From Antedon mediterranea (lineage: Eukaryota > Animalia > Echinodermata): a stretch of 64,000 nt of DNA. The notes beneath the pieces were generated by a model. The model was given only the letters and a program-made list of their open reading frames with translations. It was not told the DNA's origin and did no database searches. Made by a program: the position numbers and the translations under genes. The stretch lies in assembly GCF_964355755.1 (NCBI RefSeq), contig NC_092676.1, positions 30,274,871 to 30,338,870 on the forward strand. The letters run 5' to 3'. This document shows, in pieces, positions 23,209-37,434 of the stretch (position 1 is the first letter of the stretch; each line of letters opens with the position of its first letter).

Positions 23209-26200
23209 ATGGAAAGTGAAAAAGTACTGAAGTTGGCAGACCTCCGTCAGAAGAGGTTGGAATTCTTTCAAAGGAATTGTTTCAATAAAGAGAAAGAACC
23301 AAACAATTATTCTAGTACATCCCAGCGGAAACCAGATGAACTTATAAAAGACTGTTTTGAAGAGTCGCAGTGGTTACCAAGGAGCAAGGATTTATCAAGA
23401 AAATCTGAAGTGGAAAATCTTTGGTTGAACAATGGAAATGAAAATTCTGCAGAACGAACTGTTGATAAGAAAGAAGATTTATCACTTCGCAATACAACCA
23501 AAACAAGGAGGCCAAAGACAAGACAAGACAAACAAATGAAGCATCAAAGAAATACCCACCATAATAAAACAAATAAAGATGACATTGAAAAGATAAAACC
23601 TTTACATAGGCTACAAGAAAACGTCTTTGATCTAGACTCTCTGCAGAAAGCTGCAAGGGATGGAGATGATGTTCTAAGGAAATATATAAAAGAACTTAGT
23701 ACAAAAATGACTGACAGTCAAACAGGAGAATTGAGTAATAGACCCACTACAGATAACTTGGATCTTCATGTCCTACCAAGTGCACAGAATTATAATTATA
23801 CTAACTCATTTAAACTTGATGCAAAATATCAAAGACAAGATTCTAGTGATAGTCCTCGAGGGGACAACAATTTTTTTCAAAGTCAGAGAAAAAGATCAGA
23901 TGGCTGGTTCGATCTGAATCTTTCAAATTCAAATGGTTTAGAATCTCACAGGAGTTATACCAGTACTATCGCAGAATCATCTGATGATCACATGCAATAT
24001 TCTAGTTTAAAAGTTGAAAACCGAAAATCAAAATATGTTCCAAAGATATCAAGACCAGCAATAGAATCATCTCAACTCCAAAAGTGGGGTTTTTATGATG
24101 ACCATGAAAGTGATTTATCAATGCAAAGTGAAAGAGAAGAGGAGGAAAAGGTGTACCACACTTTTGAATCCGATCAAAATGATTTTGATCTCCTAACACA
24201 TCGTCCAAACAATCGTCCTTATTCGCCTCTTGTCTACTCTGCATCATACAGTGAAAATATGGGTTCTGAATCGACAAGAAATTCACCAAGTTATGATGAA
24301 TTCAACCTAGTAACTCACAGACCAGCTACAAATTCCAGTAATAAACTGTTTGAGAGAGTTGATCAGTGGTACGAAAGTAAATGCCACTTTCATGAAACTA
24401 TTAATAAACCCAGTTTATCTAGTGATAGCAATGATAGCATTGACAAGTTTTTAAAGATCGGTAGTGAGAACCGAAGGTCGACATCACCAGAACAACACAT
24501 GATTGGCATTTGGAAGTATCATCAAATTGAAAAACAGCGAAGAAAATCACACAAGAACAGTGATGATATTAATTCAACTGTCAGCTATGAGGAACTGGTT
24601 GCCACTGAAAAAAAAAATAGTGGATGCCAAGATAATCAACAGGAAAGTGCTTTCAAAATCAGTAATTGGAGTTCTGATGATGAAGATAAGAAATCCTCAA
24701 TGAATCAAGAAGTTTTGACATTGAAAAGAGATGATGAATTGTGTTTTGAGCATGCTCCATGGAGGTATTCTGCAAGCCCGGAATCGCCAAAAGAATATTT
24801 GACACTAAAGCCTGAAATAGCATTTAATGATGATGATATGAATGATAATGTAGAGGATAACAAAATTCCGGATTGCATTTATCAAAATCAAGATGTACGC
24901 AATTTACAAATAAGAAACACAAATGAGGTGGATACTGAAAAACCAGTTTTTGATTTTTATGATAAACAATTTAATTCTCTTCCTTTAAGTAGAAGCCCAG
25001 AACCTTCAGTAAGCCATTATCATCAAGTGCCAAAAGTTAAAAACAATTTTGAAAACGATATACCATCAAACGATTATGTCTGTGTACCTTCCTCTGCTGA
25101 AATTAAAGACAGGAAACCACCAACATTAGATCTTGCCTGTATTACTGATGATAACAACCAGCATGAACCAGGTGGTGAATTACCATTCATCAAAAAAATC
25201 ATTGACAGTGACCTTGATATCGAGCTTCAAGTGCCTGCAGAGAAAAAGAAACAATCAACTTCTCCATTGAATTCTAGGAAAAAGACGGCCAACAGACTAC
25301 TCGGTAGAGGACAATCGCAAAAACAAAGATGGTCAACATCGTCAAGCTTGCCTAGTTCAGTATTGGCTACAAGAGTGTCTTCTTTATTAAGTAGTTCTTT
25401 AAAAGATAGAAAAACTGGAAGTCTGAAAGAAGCATCAAGAAATAAACACAGAGAAGGAAATTCTGCTGAGAAATTGAAGAGGTCACATCAGAAGAAAGTC
25501 ATAAATGGAAACTTCTTTACTGTAACACCAGCAAATATGTCTACAGGTAAGAAAGTCCATTGATATTAAATAGAGCAAATTTAAATTAACATAATATGTA
25601 TTTCAATAATTCAGGTTTTAAGAGAGTTTCCAGTACTTATTTGGCACAATTACTTTTCTTGTTTTCTACAGATTTTAACAGTATAAATTTACTTTCACAC
25701 AAGGAATTTATTCCTCCTCTTACTTTGCAACTTTTATCTGATGTAAGTATAATTTATTTATCTTCCTAAAATAAAAAAGTATTAAGATAAGCGTGTAAGT
25801 TTTCATATTTTTTATCATTATTCGCGGTACGTACCATTTATTTCGTATCAACAGAATATATATATATTTCAAAAGTAAACCTTGAAAATTCTTTTACAGA
25901 GTCCTCGAGGAGGTGAAGGGTTGTCAATATGGCAGCTGCTACCAGATGAGCTTTTATTCCACATTTGTACGTACCTCTCGCCATCAAGTTTGGCTATTGT
26001 TGCTCAAGTTTGCCAAACATTTCATCGCATTGCTAACGATGAACTTCTTTGTAAGTGTAAAACATTTATTGTGCATAATTTTTATTTCTTCCAATATTAT
26101 TTATTTAACATCTATTTATCTTATTTGTCTATACTTTACTGGCTTTTTATTTATTATTTATCTTAATGCAATTTAATGGGCCTCCTATCACAAGCCCCTC

Positions 26201-29200
26201 TGGGTTTCTTGGAAGTCCTTTTTTAACTTGTACCATACACTTTTGGTGTTTTTTTTTTATTGATGTGTATTATTGTATTTGATGAATAAAGAGATTTGAT
26301 TTGATAGTTTGTCATGCCACTTTGTAAATTAACCTTTTAGCAAAAATGTGAACAATTTGAATTTTAAATTGATAGGGAAGACAATAACATTACAGAAAAA
26401 AGAATTAACAGATGATTGGTTGATTCAGATTGGTGAAAAGCACCCAACAGACATTTCTTTACTCCAGTGTAATGGCAGCAAAGTCACTGAAGATGGCTTG
26501 AGAACGATGTTTAGGACCTGTTCAAAGTCCCTGAAGGTAATAACTAGTAAAGGGCTGGGATTCTATAGGATTTTTAGAGTTATTATGTAGTTATAATTTC
26601 AATTTCTTATATTTTTGTATAATCATAATTAATATTTTCTTTATAAATCCCCTTTGCTGTTATGAAACAGCATGGCGAGCATCGGTTAAATTTGAATTTG
26701 TTGAAAATGACTATATAGACAGCTGTAGTTATTAAAAGAAGTATATGTTTATTTGAGTTAGACTTTATTAATGCATGAAAATATGTCTTTTATAGATCTC
26801 TCCTCATTATAAAAACATTGCTTAAAAGGTCACATTAATATGTTTTCAACAAAGGATAATTACTATAGTGATGGTTGTTGTAACATCTGGAAAATATTTC
26901 AAAATTTATCAATAAATCATTTCTTTCTTTTTCCTTCACATTAAAGGATTAAGAGATAAAATTTAGAAAAAAAGAAACAAGCTTAGTGATTATAAATGTA
27001 GGATGCTCTATAAACTGCTACTATATAATCAGAAAGTACAGTAACTGTATGATTGTAGGTAGGATAAGTGTTTTAGTTTTCTTGTATGACATACAGGCAC
27101 ATGTTTCAATCAAATACCATAATCAAGATTATACTATTCTAAAATTACTGTACTGTTCTAATATATTAGAATATTATCTGTAGTTTCTCCAGACCCGAGT
27201 CTCAAAAAGATGTATTTATACCTGCCAAATCAAATAAACAAAAATTGTAGTATTAGAATTTCTTTTTTCCAGAAACTGAACGCGAGTGGTTCAACTGGGG
27301 GCGATCTAATTGGTGATTCTATTCTTCTGCATGCATCTCGTTGTGTAAAGCTAACAAGTCTAGATGTTAGCTGGTGCAGCGTGACAAATAACGGACTTGT
27401 ATCTATCGGTGAATCTATCGAAAAGTATGTTCCCACTTTTTTTTATTTTTATGTTTTTATTAGAAAGGTTAAAGCTAATTGGCTTTGTTAGTTTAAGTGA
27501 GCTATATGATCTGATGACAGAATAATGATGTCACATTCACAAGAGCATTTCTGTCTATGATGATAGGAAATATGAAATATTGACAAAATAATAATAATAA
27601 TTATTAATATCATAATATTATGATAATGATATTGAGAATTGGCAAGGCAATTTCTGATGAATGTGTATTAAAAACAAAATTAAATGTTCATTGTTTGAGA
27701 TAAGGTTTTCCTATCAACATAAGTAGCTTTAAATTAAAGTATTTTTCATTGAGAAGATTGTGTTTTTGTTTTAAACAACGGAAGTAATTAACTTTACAAT
27801 TTTAGTCTCATGGGGTTACAGGTGGTTGTTCAATTCACAAATTTTGTTGTATTTACAGGATTTGTTGATGCAACACTAGATTTATGAGATATTAATCTAA
27901 AGCAGTGATATTCAACTTGGATTAATTCATAAAAATAATATAAATAGTGATATTTTGTTTCCATTAATTTGATATGATTATTTTTCCTGCAAATGTATAG
28001 GTTGCAAGTTCTGTGCCTGAATGGTTGCCAGGCACTAACAGATGATTCTATCAATATGGTCTTACAAAAACATTGCAAAAGGTATGCTAGCATTTAAAAA
28101 TAACTATTTGAAAAACATGGTTTTAATGATGAGTCTGACTTGGTTTTATTGTCCCTAATAAAGAGGCTAAGATATGTAGGAAATTGTTTAAAGAATACTG
28201 TATACAAATATAAAAATAATACACATTGTTGATAATGACATTGTTCTTTTATAGTATTAATGTTCTGGAGTTATTTGGTTGTTTTAACATTTCACCTGCT
28301 GTGATTACACAAGTTGGTAAACTGTGTAGACATCTTCGTACATTGAATGTTGGCCAGTGTTACAAGGTTTGTATACTATTTCTTAAGCTCTGCCTACACT
28401 ATCAACCTTTATGCGACAAACAATGTGATGTGCCCATATATGGAAATAATAAATGTCATATCACTACCATTTGAGCACAACATACCTTTTTTTGTCAAAC
28501 TAGTTTGATTGTGTAGACAGAGCTATGATGAGAAGATCCTTTTTGTTGATTTACATTTAGCATTAAAGGTACAATGTGTAATGAAATGCAGCATAGTACT
28601 ATTAAACTAACCAGTACTTCTAGTTTGATCCAATTGTGGAATGTGATACAACTCAATTAATGTTGCAAATTAAGTCTATTCTAAATTCCAATAATATTTG
28701 AAATATGTGATGATAAAATTAACAAAATAAATAATGACAATTTATTATATAATGACACGATACAAATATTATACCTTTGGGTGCCATTACGCAAATTGGA
28801 AATTAAACGGCCAGGCAATGTAGCTTTTATATAAAGCTGTTTCCGTATGGAACATGATTTTCCATAATTAAACTTTTCATAATGCTGAGGATTTTATTGA
28901 TGCATTACGCAAGTATTTTTATCTTTATTTTTCACACTATATTTAATGAACAAATTTTTAAATTAAACGATTTATATTATTACTGCGAAACACTGAAAAT
29001 TTACTGAACAAAGGTTTTCTATGAGAAAGAGATTACTGTAGCTCTGTGGTCCTCTCCCCAATATTGCCCGTCCCTGAAAAATGTTAAAAATGCTCACTGA
29101 AATCGCATCATGCCGTAGAAATATTATGCTATTAAATACTGTGGTGGTTGTTTCAGATGACAGATGATGATATGGTGACCATGGTAACTCATCTGGAACA

Positions 29201-30915
29201 TGTTCTGAATTTAGACATGAGAGGCTGTAAACAGGTATGAGTGGTTGGAAGTTAGAATTAGTGCCATTAAGTTGGCACTAAAAAATTGCATATCTTTTAA
29301 TCTAAAATGCACAAATCCAAATTCAATCCAGCCTACTAAAAGCAGAATTAAAAAAAAAAAAATTATTTTAGTCTAGTTTTGAGTTTTTAAATGTCTATTT
29401 GCTTCAATATTTGCATACAACCAAAGCCTACGCTTCTCAAGGGGGACGTTGCATAATGAATTGTATAATTCAGCTACGCTTGCCAGATCCTTTTGGGTTG
29501 TACCATTCTCATGAGGAAACATTGATTAAATGTCAAATGAAGTGCTTTAACACCTACTCACCTAATTCAGTTTGTCTAGGCATCAAGTAGAAATATGTAA
29601 TTGCCTGGAAAGTAAAATGTGTTTGTTTGTAATATATATTTAATAACTTTATTTCCAAAAATGTTAATGTTGCCACCCACTGTGAGTTACTAAATCTGAT
29701 CAAGTCTTACGTCTACTCTTAAGTCTACTCTTAAGTCTTAATACTACTTACAACCAAATAAATAAAAAGAATGAATCAAAATAACAATTAAATGCCTCTT
29801 ATTTCCATTGCTCACATAATACTAGACATACAAATAAAATGTTGTACACCTTAGAGTAGATAAATTGTGGTTGTCCAACTTTCTCGTCTATGCAAAAAGA
29901 GGTCACACATCAAAGCAGCTTTCTAAATTTAACGGCTATGATATGTACAGAGTTGCATTTGGTTTTTTATTATTTAATTAAGCATTTATTTAAAACTTTT
30001 TTTAAATTCTCAGATGCATGACACAACAGTACGGAAGCTAGTGAGAAGTTGCAAGAAATTAAAAAGCATTTCTTTAGCAAATTGTGGTCACCTTACAGAC
30101 GCATCGCTTATTGAAATATCAACATACTTACCCACCATCAAGTAAGTACTTAAGTCTCGAATGTTAGCACCACCATGTTGTGTGTTGAATAAACTGTAAA
30201 ACTATTGTTACAACAACTTCAACCAAAACTAAATTAATTAAAATTCTTGTTTTTATAATAGTAATCAAGAATGTTCAAGTTAATGCAAGCGGTATATAAA
30301 TAAAAGTTGATTATTATTTTATCAGAATGATTGATGTGTCTGGCTGTAAGAAGATAACAAACCAAGGTGTACACTCATTAGCTAAAAGCTCCTATAATCT
30401 GTCATCTCTAGATCTAAGTTCAACTTCAGTCAATTGTAAAAGGTTTGTTGAAAATTTGAACTAAACACTGATAAATAATTCATAAATATTAGATAAATTA
30501 TCCCTTTATTATATACAGCCTGCTGTATAAAACAAATTTAAGTTGAAAAAGGGTTTAAGAAATAGCTACAATACCCTTCCAATAAATTGTATTGAGATAA
30601 GTAATATATCTGTTTCTGTTTTATTTTACAGTATCTCTTCTCTGTCAAGTTATTGTGGAAAAAGCCTGAGAAGTTTAAAACTAAACTTCTGCAAAGATGT
30701 CACAGAAAAAAGTGTCTTGAAATTATTACAGAATTGTCATCGGTAATTGTTTTTTCAAAACATATTTTCTTTGTTCATGTGTACTCTGGTTTCATGATTT
30801 TATATGATTTTTATATATTTTTTAAAGATTGGAGGTGTTGCAGCTGTATGGTGTAAAGGGATTACGCAATTTATCTTCAATCAAGAGTCAATTTCCAGCT
30901 CTAAAGTTTGATTAA
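23209..30915 (+). CDS. F-box/leucine-rich-repeat protein (~1195 aa) with an ~800-aa low-complexity N-terminus, 12 coding exons
   Basis: Exons 23209-25546, 25672-25742, 25900-26050, 26376-26536, 27273-27424, 28001-28081, 28255-28366, 29157-29234, 30014-30141, 30326-30442, 30632-30742 and 30828-30915 are all phase-compatible. F-box WQLLPDELLFHICTYL...VCQTFHRIANDELLW. Cys-containing LRRs include LTSLDVSWCSVTNNGL, LQVLCLNGCQALTDDSI and LRSLKLNFCKDVTEKSV. Confidence 0.88.
26175..26305 (+). mobile_element. Possible 3' tail fragment of a LINE/SINE in the F-box gene intron
   Basis: A short GC stem-like segment is followed by a T-rich tract, AATAAA and a (GATTT)n-like tail. Confidence 0.3.
28383..28525. 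mobile_element. MITE family copy in the F-box gene intron
   Basis: taagctctgcctacactatcaa ... tttgattgtgtagacagagcta. Confidence 0.78.
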
Positions 30916-31680
30916 AACATATTGCTGCTTTTTTTTACATGTGTGTGCAATTGACAGTTGACAAATATTAATGTGTTCATATATTTTTGTACAATTATTT
31001 TCAAATGGGAATGATAATGATATTATTTCTGGAAGGTGTGATGTTGAAGGTAGAGTGAATGTTTCTGATCTTAGTTGTAATGGTAATAGTTGTGATAGAT
31101 ATGATGAAGTAATGCTTCTCTTCTGCCATAGAAAACATAAAATAAGTATATAGTAGGTTGTAAACGCCAATCACGGAGGTAAAAGTGATCAATAATGCTA
31201 GTTCTAAAATGTTACAACTTGCGTCTTATTTCTAAAATAAAATTATGTAATGATTTATAGTAATTTTAGCAATATATTTCATATGTTTATTAATATTTAT
31301 TTTCATTTTTTTAATACTGAATCATGTATGCTATGATCATATTGAATCTTAATACTAAGTAAATTCAAATTTAATCTATTTTATTTATATTTATTATTGT
31401 ATTAAATTAAATAAATACAGTACTATGTATATTACATAACATGACCTATTTTATGTGAACTAATACAACTGATTTCAAACTCATAATAGGACTATAGTCT
31501 ATTTTATACGTTCCGTTTTATGCGTTTTCAAAAATGCCTCAAAAAGTGTAGATTCTGTTGGATGGTGGCCCATCCCCTAGAGGCGGAGTCATCGACGTCA
31601 ATTCCTATACACAATCATAATCTAAACAAAAGTATATAGCTTTGCTATGTAAATGTTTACTGACATCACTAAGTTTGAAG

Positions 31681-31769
31681 CGCGTATAAATACGCGGATC
31701 CGTCGGTATCGTCTGCAACCTATCGTGTCGGGCCTCTGTCAACACCCTTTTTTGTTCGTCGATTTTAAG
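31681..31769 (+). promoter_or_regulatory. Putative TATA box and non-coding first exon of MSMB-like gene 1
   Basis: TATAAATA at ~31685, a donor AAG|GTAGGT at 31769, and an acceptor TTTGTAG at ~33149 just before the ATG. Confidence 0.45.
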
Positions 31770-32773
31770 GTAGGTTTTGATTCATTTGGATATTATACCG
31801 ATTTAAATTTTTGCAATTGTCTACTAATTGTTAAATAACTTTGGAAACAAAAAAAGGAAACATTTGTGTTTTCCGATTCCTTTTTCGGTTTTAACGATTC
31901 TTATTAGTTTGGTATATTTGGTTAAGAGTTGTTAGGTTAAAATATACCGTTATTTATTCATTAAATTTACTTTTTAATGAATATGGAACTTACAAAGTCG
32001 CGCGGTCTTGTCAAGCTTAGCTGAATTATATTGTATTTATAATTATTAGGCCTAGGCCTATAGGTATCTTTTTGATACACTTAGCGGTACTTTGATGTAA
32101 CTCAAAAGTCACCAAACTTGCGCTTTATTGCTGTAAGTCTTACCTAAAACAAAGTTAAACAAAATAAATATTGATTTTTGTTTAGAAATGTTTGTTGTAG
32201 ATATTGTAAAAATCTGTCAAATTGTAGGATCTGTATAATTTTTCTTTAAAATAGCCGGATTATTTTATACCGTAGATACTTTCAGTTAAAATGTTTTTTC
32301 AAAGACGTTTACCAGGTACTTTGACGACTCTATTGTGGCCCACTCTCTACTCTCTGCAAGTAATACCCCAGAATCCTAATGTGGACAATGTCTTGACCCG
32401 CTTCATAGACACCCCTAAAGTTTAGGCGCCATTCTTGTATTAATGCCATTATGTCATAAAATTCATGTTTGTTAATAACTATGTCTAAATGGAATTCCAT
32501 ATGTTTAATAAACATTGCCTGTATATCCACAGATTACCAAGCCTCAGTCTAATGTATTACCATCTGGATAGGTCATAATTCTGTTATTACATTAAATGCT
32601 TTTCGTTTATGAAACTACTTAAGAGAGAAGATGAAGTGTAATTGGCATACATATTATTACGTAATGGTTAATTTGTGAATAAAAAATAATATTACCAAAA
32701 TGTGCAATACTTAGTTCCGGCTTTTTTTATTTAATAATGATTTGCTAGGCATATATTTATAATACTAACTTAA

Positions 32774-32932
32774 TTGATGATGGGCTAGTGTTGCCCGAAA
32801 GCTCTGCTAACTTTTCTGGCTGTTTTACTTCTCGTTTTGAATTAGCTTTTCGCTTTTATTTTGTATCTCCATTGAGATCCAGCCACTGATACCCACAGCA
32901 TTGTCATTTTTTTTTCAGTAATTTGCCTTTGG
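32774..32932 (+). mobile_element. 159-bp retro-insertion with a hammerhead-like core (Penelope-like/retrozyme fragment)
   Basis: Flanked by the exact 19-bp direct repeat ATTTATAATACTAACTTAA (32755-32773, 32933-32951). It starts TTGATGA-T-GGGC-tagtgtt-GCCC-GAAA. Confidence 0.6.
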
Positions 32933-33162
32933 ATTTATAATACTAACTTAAGAAACTTAGTTTAATCGTTTGTTTATATTAAATATTTTCTTGCATCATC
33001 TTGATTGAATTTTGTAGGCCTAACATGGGATTTTTATTAACTGATAATTTAGAGAGTTTTTCCCAGACTAAAGCAAAGTAGACCTAAAGTATAGTAAAAG
33101 AAAGTAAAAGAGGTGATTATACCAATGTGATTGGTTTTCGTTTTTGTAGATCCCACGGCACC

Positions 33163-34523
33163 ATGAGGACTTCGGTGTGTCTTTTGATATCTCTTCTGTC
33201 TTTTCTTATGATCGCCAAAGTAAGATCGATGGAATGTGAGGCAGCATTTGATAAATGTAAGTTCTTTTTTAATGTATAAATAAAACATAAAAGTAGATAC
33301 TGAGTATAAGTCGACCATCTATATGAAGCGAATATTGAATAAAAAATACTGTACTAGAATCGCTGATTATTTTTCGCCAAACCTTAAAATGTTTTTAAAC
33401 ATTATTCCCAGACTCAACCTGCAATGTTTTTGTCAACGTCTAGATTGACACAATGAAATTAATTTTGATCAAGGACTTGTTTTTACTAAACAAAAAAAAT
33501 GTTTTAACTATTTTTGCAATTACAGGTTCTATTTTGTGAATTTGAGTTTTTCTTCCAAATATATGACACACCTCGCTAACATTATGTTGTCTCACCCTAA
33601 ATGAGAAAATGTTTTAAAACATCATATGAATCACGACCCAACTATCATCAACATCCAGGTTAGACACAAAGACATTTTTTGATCTATAAAGTAAATTTTG
33701 AGTTTTCTTTTTCCTTTCAAAGACGCCTGTAAGTACGGTAACGAAGAGTATGCCTTAGGAGACCAGTGGAAGACAAAGGACTGCAAGGAATGCAACTGTC
33801 ATGGAGCCTTCTCAATTTGTTGTACACTGTAAGTTGGCTTTCAATCCATCCATGTGTTTTATTTAAAGATATATTACCCCCTGAACATTTGTTTGTTGAA
33901 TATGCCATTTTAATCTCACATAATAGTTATTCACTTTGACCAAAAATTTGATCGAAAAACAAATTATTTACTTGAACAAACTGTCAAATTTAGTCTAATG
34001 GGTTTTGGTTTAATTAAAGTGAAAACATTTTTTTTTTTCTATGAAAGTGATTAACATTATTAAAACTGCGAAATGACCTATTCAAAGTCTTTTTCATTAA
34101 TCTTCATTTTTTATGTTTTTGGGGGAAGAACACATCTTTAAATAGATTTGGTATCGCACTGATGAGTCAGTTAGTAAAACTAGTTTGACCAGGAAAAAAC
34201 ATGTTTTGATTTTCTAATAACGTTTATGCGCAATTAAGGTTGTAACATTTATTGTTGTTGCTTGCAAACATTCGGGCGACGGACCGACTGGCTGTTATGC
34301 TAAATAGATTTTAATAGATCAACTAATTAGGCCAAAGTGTAGGCCTATTTCATTTATCCTGTATTATTTCATCAAACTGTTTGTTTTTTATAGCGTACCA
34401 AAATACTTTGATTGGTTTGATCCACCAAAGGGTTGTCGGTTTATTTGGGATGAAGCTGAATGTAAAAGCAGAGCAGTCGATGAGTTTGATGAAAATAAAC
34501 CATGTCCCGACTATGACTACTAA
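33163..34523 (+). CDS. Beta-microseminoprotein (PSP94/MSMB)-like secreted protein 1, ~109 aa
   Basis: Exons 33163-33256, 33723-33828, 34394-34523. Signal peptide MRTSVCLLISLLSFLMIAKVRS. The mature part has 10 Cys in PSP94 spacing: ECE...ACKY...GDQWKTKDCKECNC...ICCTL...KGCRFIWDEAECK...NKPC. Confidence 0.88.
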
Positions 34524-35667
34524 TACAAAACACTTACAAAACTATTCTCGTTAAAAAACGTCATCATCATGTTTATGCGCATGCACATAGATTTGTTACG
34601 TCATGCTTTATTGCTGTCACGTGGTGTGATTTTTGCTAAGTATTAATAAAAACGTCGTAATTACTGTCGTCATCGGTTGTAATAGATTACGTAGGTGTTA
34701 AGTAAAATGTTATTAAGTCATGCTTAAGCTAGTGTAGGCATCATTATGCGAACCAAAAAATGTTTTCGCAGTTTACAAATGTGTATATTTTTTTCTCAAA
34801 AAGTATTTTAAATAAACTAGGTTCGCCTAGAAGTCTTTCCTCTGTAAATGTCTTCTTTAAACGAGTGAATTGAATAAAAAAGTGGTTGAAAAATACCCAG
34901 CTGTTATACTTAACGTTTTTTATGTTTTCTTCCATGTTTCTTTCAGATGTAATAATGTTAATGTTTCAAAACATAGTTTGATGAGTGAGATTTTTTTATG
35001 TTACTAACCAAGTAGGCCTATGACATTTGTCTTATTTTGAAAAAGATAGAAATGAAATCGATAAAATCGTGTTTTTAAATATATGTGAACTTTATTCAAT
35101 CAATCGTACATTTTTTAAATATTATAATGGTAACCATTGTGTATTTACAGTGATTTTTACAAAAAAAATCTGACTTATAAAATATATACAGTGATTATTT
35201 ACAGTAATGATAATAATAAAAATTAATTGTTTGTATTAACTATTATTGGAAACAGAAGTTGAATAATGAAATACTGAATAAATACAAAGTTTTGTTAGAT
35301 GTTTACAATCAATGGAAAAGATGAATACATATAATATTGTAAGTATCAAAATAGCAGATAGTGTTTAGGAAGATTACTGCATTCCCGAACCTAGGAAACA
35401 TTAACTACGACATCGTCATATGTTTCATCGTGATATTTAACTGTCAAGTGCATAAGTAACCTTTATAGAGTTTTGTTGTTTCAGTCTTTTTTCGTCGGAA
35501 TCAGTTCATGACAATAGGCCAGCATTTAAACATTCTGATATTTCTTACGCTTTGGTGGTTCCCATTTTAAACAAAATATATTTTACCCAGATACTTATAT
35601 AATTGAATGCAACCGTTAACTTCAAATTATGAATACTTTGATGATAATAACAAAGACACCAGAGTAA

Positions 35668-35870
35668 GTATGGTACCAATTGAGTACAATGGTACCATTG
35701 AGTGTGATGGTACCATTGAGTGCGATGGTACCATTGAGTGCGATGGTACCATTGAGTGTGATGGTACCAACTGAGTATGATGGTACCAACTGAGTGTGAT
35801 GGTACCAACTGAGTGTGATGGTACAAACTGAGTGTGATGGTACCAATTGAGTGTGATGGTACTAATTGAG
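35668..35870. repeat. 18-19-bp minisatellite (~11 copies)
   Basis: atggtaccattgagtgtg / atggtaccaactgagtgtg tandem units. Confidence 0.9.
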
Positions 35871-36864
35871 AATGATTTGCATTATTTTGTAGATTCATTC
35901 ATGTTTCCTTTAGGAACAACAATGCACTTTTGGAATTATAACAAGTTTAAATTGAAAATAACCAGAATGTATTTGAAAAATCTAAATATTATAATGACGT
36001 CACAGCGTATAGTTTGTGGAGACGCAATAAATTAGCAATATCACCTGGGAAATTAACTAAGAAAAATTTGATCATCAATTATTTAGTTAATTATAAAGTA
36101 TTGACTAACTCTTACAAATATTGCATGCAATATGTTTCATAATATATAATTGAGAAATATTTCGTTTGTTTCGGATTGTTGCTCGTTTGTAACAGGAAAG
36201 AATGTCACTCTTTCCTGGTTTGTAACGTTTCAATTCTTTGGAATTTTGGTAATGGGCTAAGTTTTTAAGCGGATCGAATTGACCAATAAAAAGTGATAAG
36301 TCTAATAATCCATCGATTTTGATTGGTCAATTGCGTTGCGCTTACGACGTCCTTGCGTTGGAGAGTGGGAACAAAACGTTAGGCGTTTGATTTTGGAGAT
36401 CAATGCAAAATATTACACTCGCAATAAAATGTTGCTGAGGCTGGTTTGGCATATTTTCAAGGCAGCTTATCCAAAATGGAAAACTGTTTCATATGGCGTC
36501 GTATCCATAATCAAAATAACAGTCTCAACTACATAGTTGTAGCTGCTAACTACCGCTAGTTTGTTTTTATCGGAATTAACACAATGTATGTTAGTGTCAA
36601 GTAATATAATATACTTTGATGACAGACAGCCAGAATACAATGTAACTATTATTCTGAATTTAAACAAAGGCTAATTAATCTAAACGCCAATATATGTCAT
36701 GTTATTCTCATTCAAAAATGAAAAACAGAGGCGTAACGATTGTTTGAGTGGATCTTAACCGCGTGTAATTATTATACAATCCCCATTAGATCGGTTCCTA
36801 AGGGAGGCTTTCCATACTGCATTACAGTCACTATGGAAGATACCCTTTCACAGGATGTAGAGAC

Positions 36865-36967
36865 TTATATAAATAAGAGTGTGGCATCCATCAGTTGCAT
36901 CAGTTATAGAATTTGGATCATTTGATACACAGCTTCTAGAATTTCTTGAGTTATCGTTTTGTTACAG
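36865..36967 (+). promoter_or_regulatory. Putative TATA/Inr core promoter and non-coding first exon of MSMB-like gene 2
   Basis: TATATAAATA at ~36866, TCAGTT Inr-like motifs ~25-35 bp downstream, a donor CAG|GTAAGT at 36967, and an acceptor TTACAG at 37421. Confidence 0.5.
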
Positions 36968-37434
36968 GTAAGTCAGGCCTAGCTATCCGATTGACTTTTT
37001 TTTATTAGGCAATATTTTACTTTGAGTTTACATGTAAGAGTAGAGTTACAAAATAGTTTTTTAGTCACTTTATTGAAGTGTTATAATTTGGGATGAAATG
37101 GGTATTAATGTCGATTATCCTTGTTTTTTTCCTTTCAAAATTATTATTTACAGAGAGGTTATTTTTGTAAGTGAATGTTTCTGTACGGTACCATGTGTTG
37201 CATAAAGGACATTATCATATCCTCAGCACTAGCCTATAGTTAGGCTACTTTGTTCGCGCTTTTTCGAACTTGGATTAACATAGTTTAAAAACCGTTAAGG
37301 ATATTTTATTTCTATTTTTTAGGCCCAACCTTTTGATACATATCATTCTTCAAATTATATAGAATAAATACACGTCATACACATTTTCATATAATTATAT
37401 ATATTTTTTGAAATATTACAGATATTTAGTTAGA

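Noticed and set aside
30971-31153. Cys/Asp-rich 60-aa ORF after the F-box gene
   Set aside because: It lies in the presumed 3' UTR, is low-complexity and has no family resemblance.
34155-34195. CTGATGAG...AAAAC hammerhead-like motif
   Set aside because: The GAAA core and stem II pairing are broken, so it is at best a decayed relic.
35545-35898. ORFs with WYHHTQ / GTITLN repeats
   Set aside because: Translations of the 18-19-bp minisatellite.
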